A stretch of DNA of 64,000 nucleotides from Camelus dromedarius (Eukaryota). The position numbers and the translations under genes are program-made. This document shows positions 60,825-64,000 of the stretch, piece by piece. Numbering within the stretch: the first letter of the stretch is position 1; every line of letters begins with the position of its first letter. Below the pieces are notes generated by a model that was not told where the DNA came from, searched no databases, and saw only the letters and a program-made list of their open reading frames with translations. The DNA lies in the NCBI RefSeq assembly GCF_036321535.1, contig NC_087437.1, positions 114,764,001 through 114,828,000 on the forward strand, written 5' to 3'.

Positions 60825-63800
60825 TATTATCTCGATGCATGTATTCTTGCCACGGAAAGGGAGACTTCCATAGGCAGTTGGTACCGCGATTAGCATATTT
60901 TTCAAAATAGTTTCTGAGACTGGATGGGGTGACAGAATAAGCGGCTGGTTGTCTTAGACGCTTTCCCTGGAAGACCAGAACTAGGAGGGGTGACAGCGAC
61001 ATCTGGCTGGCCTGTGCCTTCCAAGGACCCCAGGGAAGGACACTGGAGAGCTCCCACATCTCTTAGTACTTACCAGCCACGTGTGGGAAGTTCCTTCTTA
61101 CTCTACCCTTGAACTCTGCTACATTTGAATCTCACTTGGTTCTGTTTGATCGGCAATCACTTTGGTTGTTCAGTCAACAAATGGACTGGCAGTTCTTTAG
61201 GCTGGGCTGCTTCTGAGTTAGAGAGCAGCCTTAGGCTGCCAGTCAGCAGGAAGCATTTTCTGAAGGCAAGAGGCTTCCCGCTGTGCTCAGGCAGGGAGGT
61301 TTAGGACCCAACAGGCAGGTCAGACACTTCCTTCCAGAATCCCCAGATGTGACCTTAGCGATTATCTACTGACGTCAGAGGAGAGGGATGACCAAGGTCA
61401 TCAGCTCCTTCAATCCTGCGGCCAGGGGCCAGGACCACAAACCAAGGACCTTCCCCTCGGGCAGGGCACCTCCCCTCACACCACTCTGAAGAGGGGCGGG
61501 CTGGTTACAAGTCAAAGGCTGCTCCCTGGGTTCAGAGATCTGGGTGTGTGGAGCCATTTCAGAGTTTGTCAAAAGTTCTAACCAAGGCAAAATTCCAAAC
61601 ACTGCTTGGGGGCAAAGATCCAGCATGTATGTAGTGCAGGCATACAAGGGATATTTGGGAAATACGGGGAGGGAGGAGGAGGAGAAACAGGGAGGGAGGG
61701 AAGTGGATGGAAGGAACAGAGGATGGAAGGAAAAATGGGAGGGAGAGTGGAACGACCAGTGTGGACACCACCAGCTCCTCTCTCCCACCCAGAGCAGGGT
61801 GAGGAGCAAAAGAAAATTAGGAGTCCCGGGCCCAGGGCCACCCCCACCCTCTGGGTGCCTTGGGGCCTCTCTCGCTTTAAAACAAGGGAGCTGGACTTCA
61901 TGCCCCCAAAGTGTCTTTGAGGGACAAGTCAGTTCAGCATCCCAAACTGGTGAGAATTCAGTAGGCAAAACCCACTCCTTTCAGAGCAGATGAATGTTCT
62001 GCACTTAAGCACAGGAAGTCTTCAGGGAGCAAAAGTGCATGGGGGGTAGGTGTCACCCAACACACACTGTCCTGCGAGCCATCTCTGGGATCCCACAGGC
62101 CCTCCTGTCCCTAATCCTGGGTCCGTCGTGAAGAAATCACCCACTACATCATGATGAAGGATTTGGTTGGTAACAGGTGATGATTCCAAGAGGGCAGACC
62201 ATCTTGCTGGATTTAAAAACATATACAGGGCTTACAAATCCTCACATTGGAGGAGGCAGTCTTTAATTCTGTCCTGCTTAACAAACAAGCTGGACAACAA
62301 GATGCCATTGTGCTGGACAGGATGTCGTGGGATGAGGTCAGGGGTTTTGCTGGTGTTAATAATGACTCTTTGTCCTGGACCCTGTGTTCTTTACTCACGC
62401 TTCCAGCTGATGGCCACGTGTGTCTTGCTGAGAAGCTGGCTTTCCTTAGGAAGTCTTCCCTCCACTCAGCAAGCACCCACTCTGTGCAGGTGCTGGGCTT
62501 GGGGCAGGGGGCAGGGACCCCAGGTCCCTGCTGCTCAAGGAAGGGTGGGGCACTGTCCTGCGGTCACTGCCAGGGAGGAGGTGGGGCCCAGAAGGGGCAG
62601 CTCTGATGTGTGGGGACAGAGTTGCCTCCACCGACCTCCCAGATGCACTGGGTGCCCAAACAGAGCTGACACAGAAAGCACCGATTCCCTGGGCCTGGGT
62701 GATGCTGGGCGCTATGCTGAGCCCTCACACACGCTGCCTGGTTTTTTATTCCCCTCAAAAACCCAGCGAAGCAGCGACTGTCCCCACCCCTGCTTTCCAC
62801 ATGGGGAAACTGGGTGCAGGGGATGAAATTTCTTTTTGTAGCCTGGCTACTGTTTTCCCTAGTTTAATTCCTTGCTGACACTCTGCCTTTCCGAATTCAG
62901 TGGGACTAAAGTTAGCAGGAGGGCCTGGGGCGGTGACTGTCCCCAGTGAAGACGTCCAGTTACAGGGGTTCAGGCGGCCAGCACGGCCCGCTGTTCTAGT
63001 TTGCTGGGGACTGAGAGGCCGCCCGGTGGGGGACTTGAAGCGCTGAAATTGGAACAGTCCCAGGCAAACCATGACAGTCGGTTCCTCCAGGAAGCCCCCA
63101 GTCTGTGGGCTTCTCCAAATGGCCTCTGAGATCCTTCTAGGAACGCCTGGAGGCTGCCTCCAGCCCGGTGGCCACACAGTCTGTCCGGGATTCTGGGCCT
63201 TCGGAGGCTTCTCACAGCACTTGCCTGTCAAGGTCAGTCATTCAGGATCCTGAGCCTAAAGAATGCGGTGTAAAAGCTAAGCCTGCTCGACCCCATTAGT
63301 CTAGGGAAGTGGACCACAAGTTTGTTGGAGGTCTAAATATTTATGGAGAGCAATGACTGCTAATTTTAGAAACCATTAGGTTGCTATATTTAAACTTGTG
63401 CTGGAAGGATTTGCTAATTTAAGAAGTGAGTGTTAATGAGCCCCCAACTCCCAGACACCAGCTCCCCACCCCCTTCTCTGCCGTTACCCACAGCTGCTAC
63501 TGGGATTAGGTCATAATTCAACTTCCCAGCAACCACTTTTCACTTTAGAGCCATTCAATGGAAAAACCACCTTAAATGTACAGATTTCCTTAGAAACCAC
63601 TGAAGGCTCATCCCTGATGCTTTGGAAGGAACCTGCCCTGGCGTGGCCTCCCAGGATGGGCAGTGCATGTGGGGCTCAGCTGGCCTGCAGTTGGCTTCAC
63701 CCCAGGCTACCCTTTTCCTGCAGACGTGCTTGTGGAAACATTTGCTAGAGAGATGTGAGTCCAAGACAAATGTGGTTCTAAGAATCAAGTTCCAAAAAGA

Positions 63801-64000
63801 CCTTGACAGGCTGGCTGGGCGGGGCTGAAGGTAGTCCAGATGATGCATTCCAGGAATAAACGTTGGGTCTTGCATTTGGGTTCACAGGGCCCCCGAAGCA
63901 CACTCCTGGGTGGACAGTGTGTGAGTTAGTTGTGCGTGTGAGCAGGATTTAGGGCAGTGCTTCCCAAAGACTGCTTCTCGGCATGCTTCGTTTGCGCGAT

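Noticed and set aside
61375..63231. Several 100-219 aa ORFs upstream of CLDN14
   Set aside because: They overlap on both strands, show no protein-family similarity I can recognise, and are typical of GC-rich intronic DNA.
1..64000. CRISPR arrays, rRNA genes, operon-like systems
   Set aside because: None seen. The window is intron-containing mammalian DNA with no repeat-spacer structure.

Overview
Mammalian genomic DNA, probably a camelid, judging by four copies of a tRNA-Ala-derived SINE resembling Vic-1. The window covers the CHAF1B-CLDN14 interval. On the + strand is the complete CHAF1B gene: CpG-island promoter, a non-coding first exon, and 13 coding exons (4622-20863) that splice with GT-AG boundaries into a 1680-nt, 559-aa ORF. 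On the - strand is the single coding exon of CLDN14 (60733-60029, 234 aa), whose upstream non-coding exons were not identified in the window. The ~37 kb between the genes is mostly transposon debris: a decayed class I ERV with integrase and env remnants and two nested L1 insertions, a three-layer LTR/LTR/L1 nest, an inverted (twin-priming-like) L1, MaLR LTRs, L2 and MIR. I found no convincing previously undescribed biological system. The best leads are a strong-context out-of-frame uORF over the CHAF1B start whose inclusion depends on splice-acceptor choice, a GGGGCC-type hexamer array in CHAF1B intron 1, miR-9/miR-374 seed sites in the CLDN14 3'UTR, and convergent CTCF-like motifs. Repeat family names come from visual recognition and were not database-checked.
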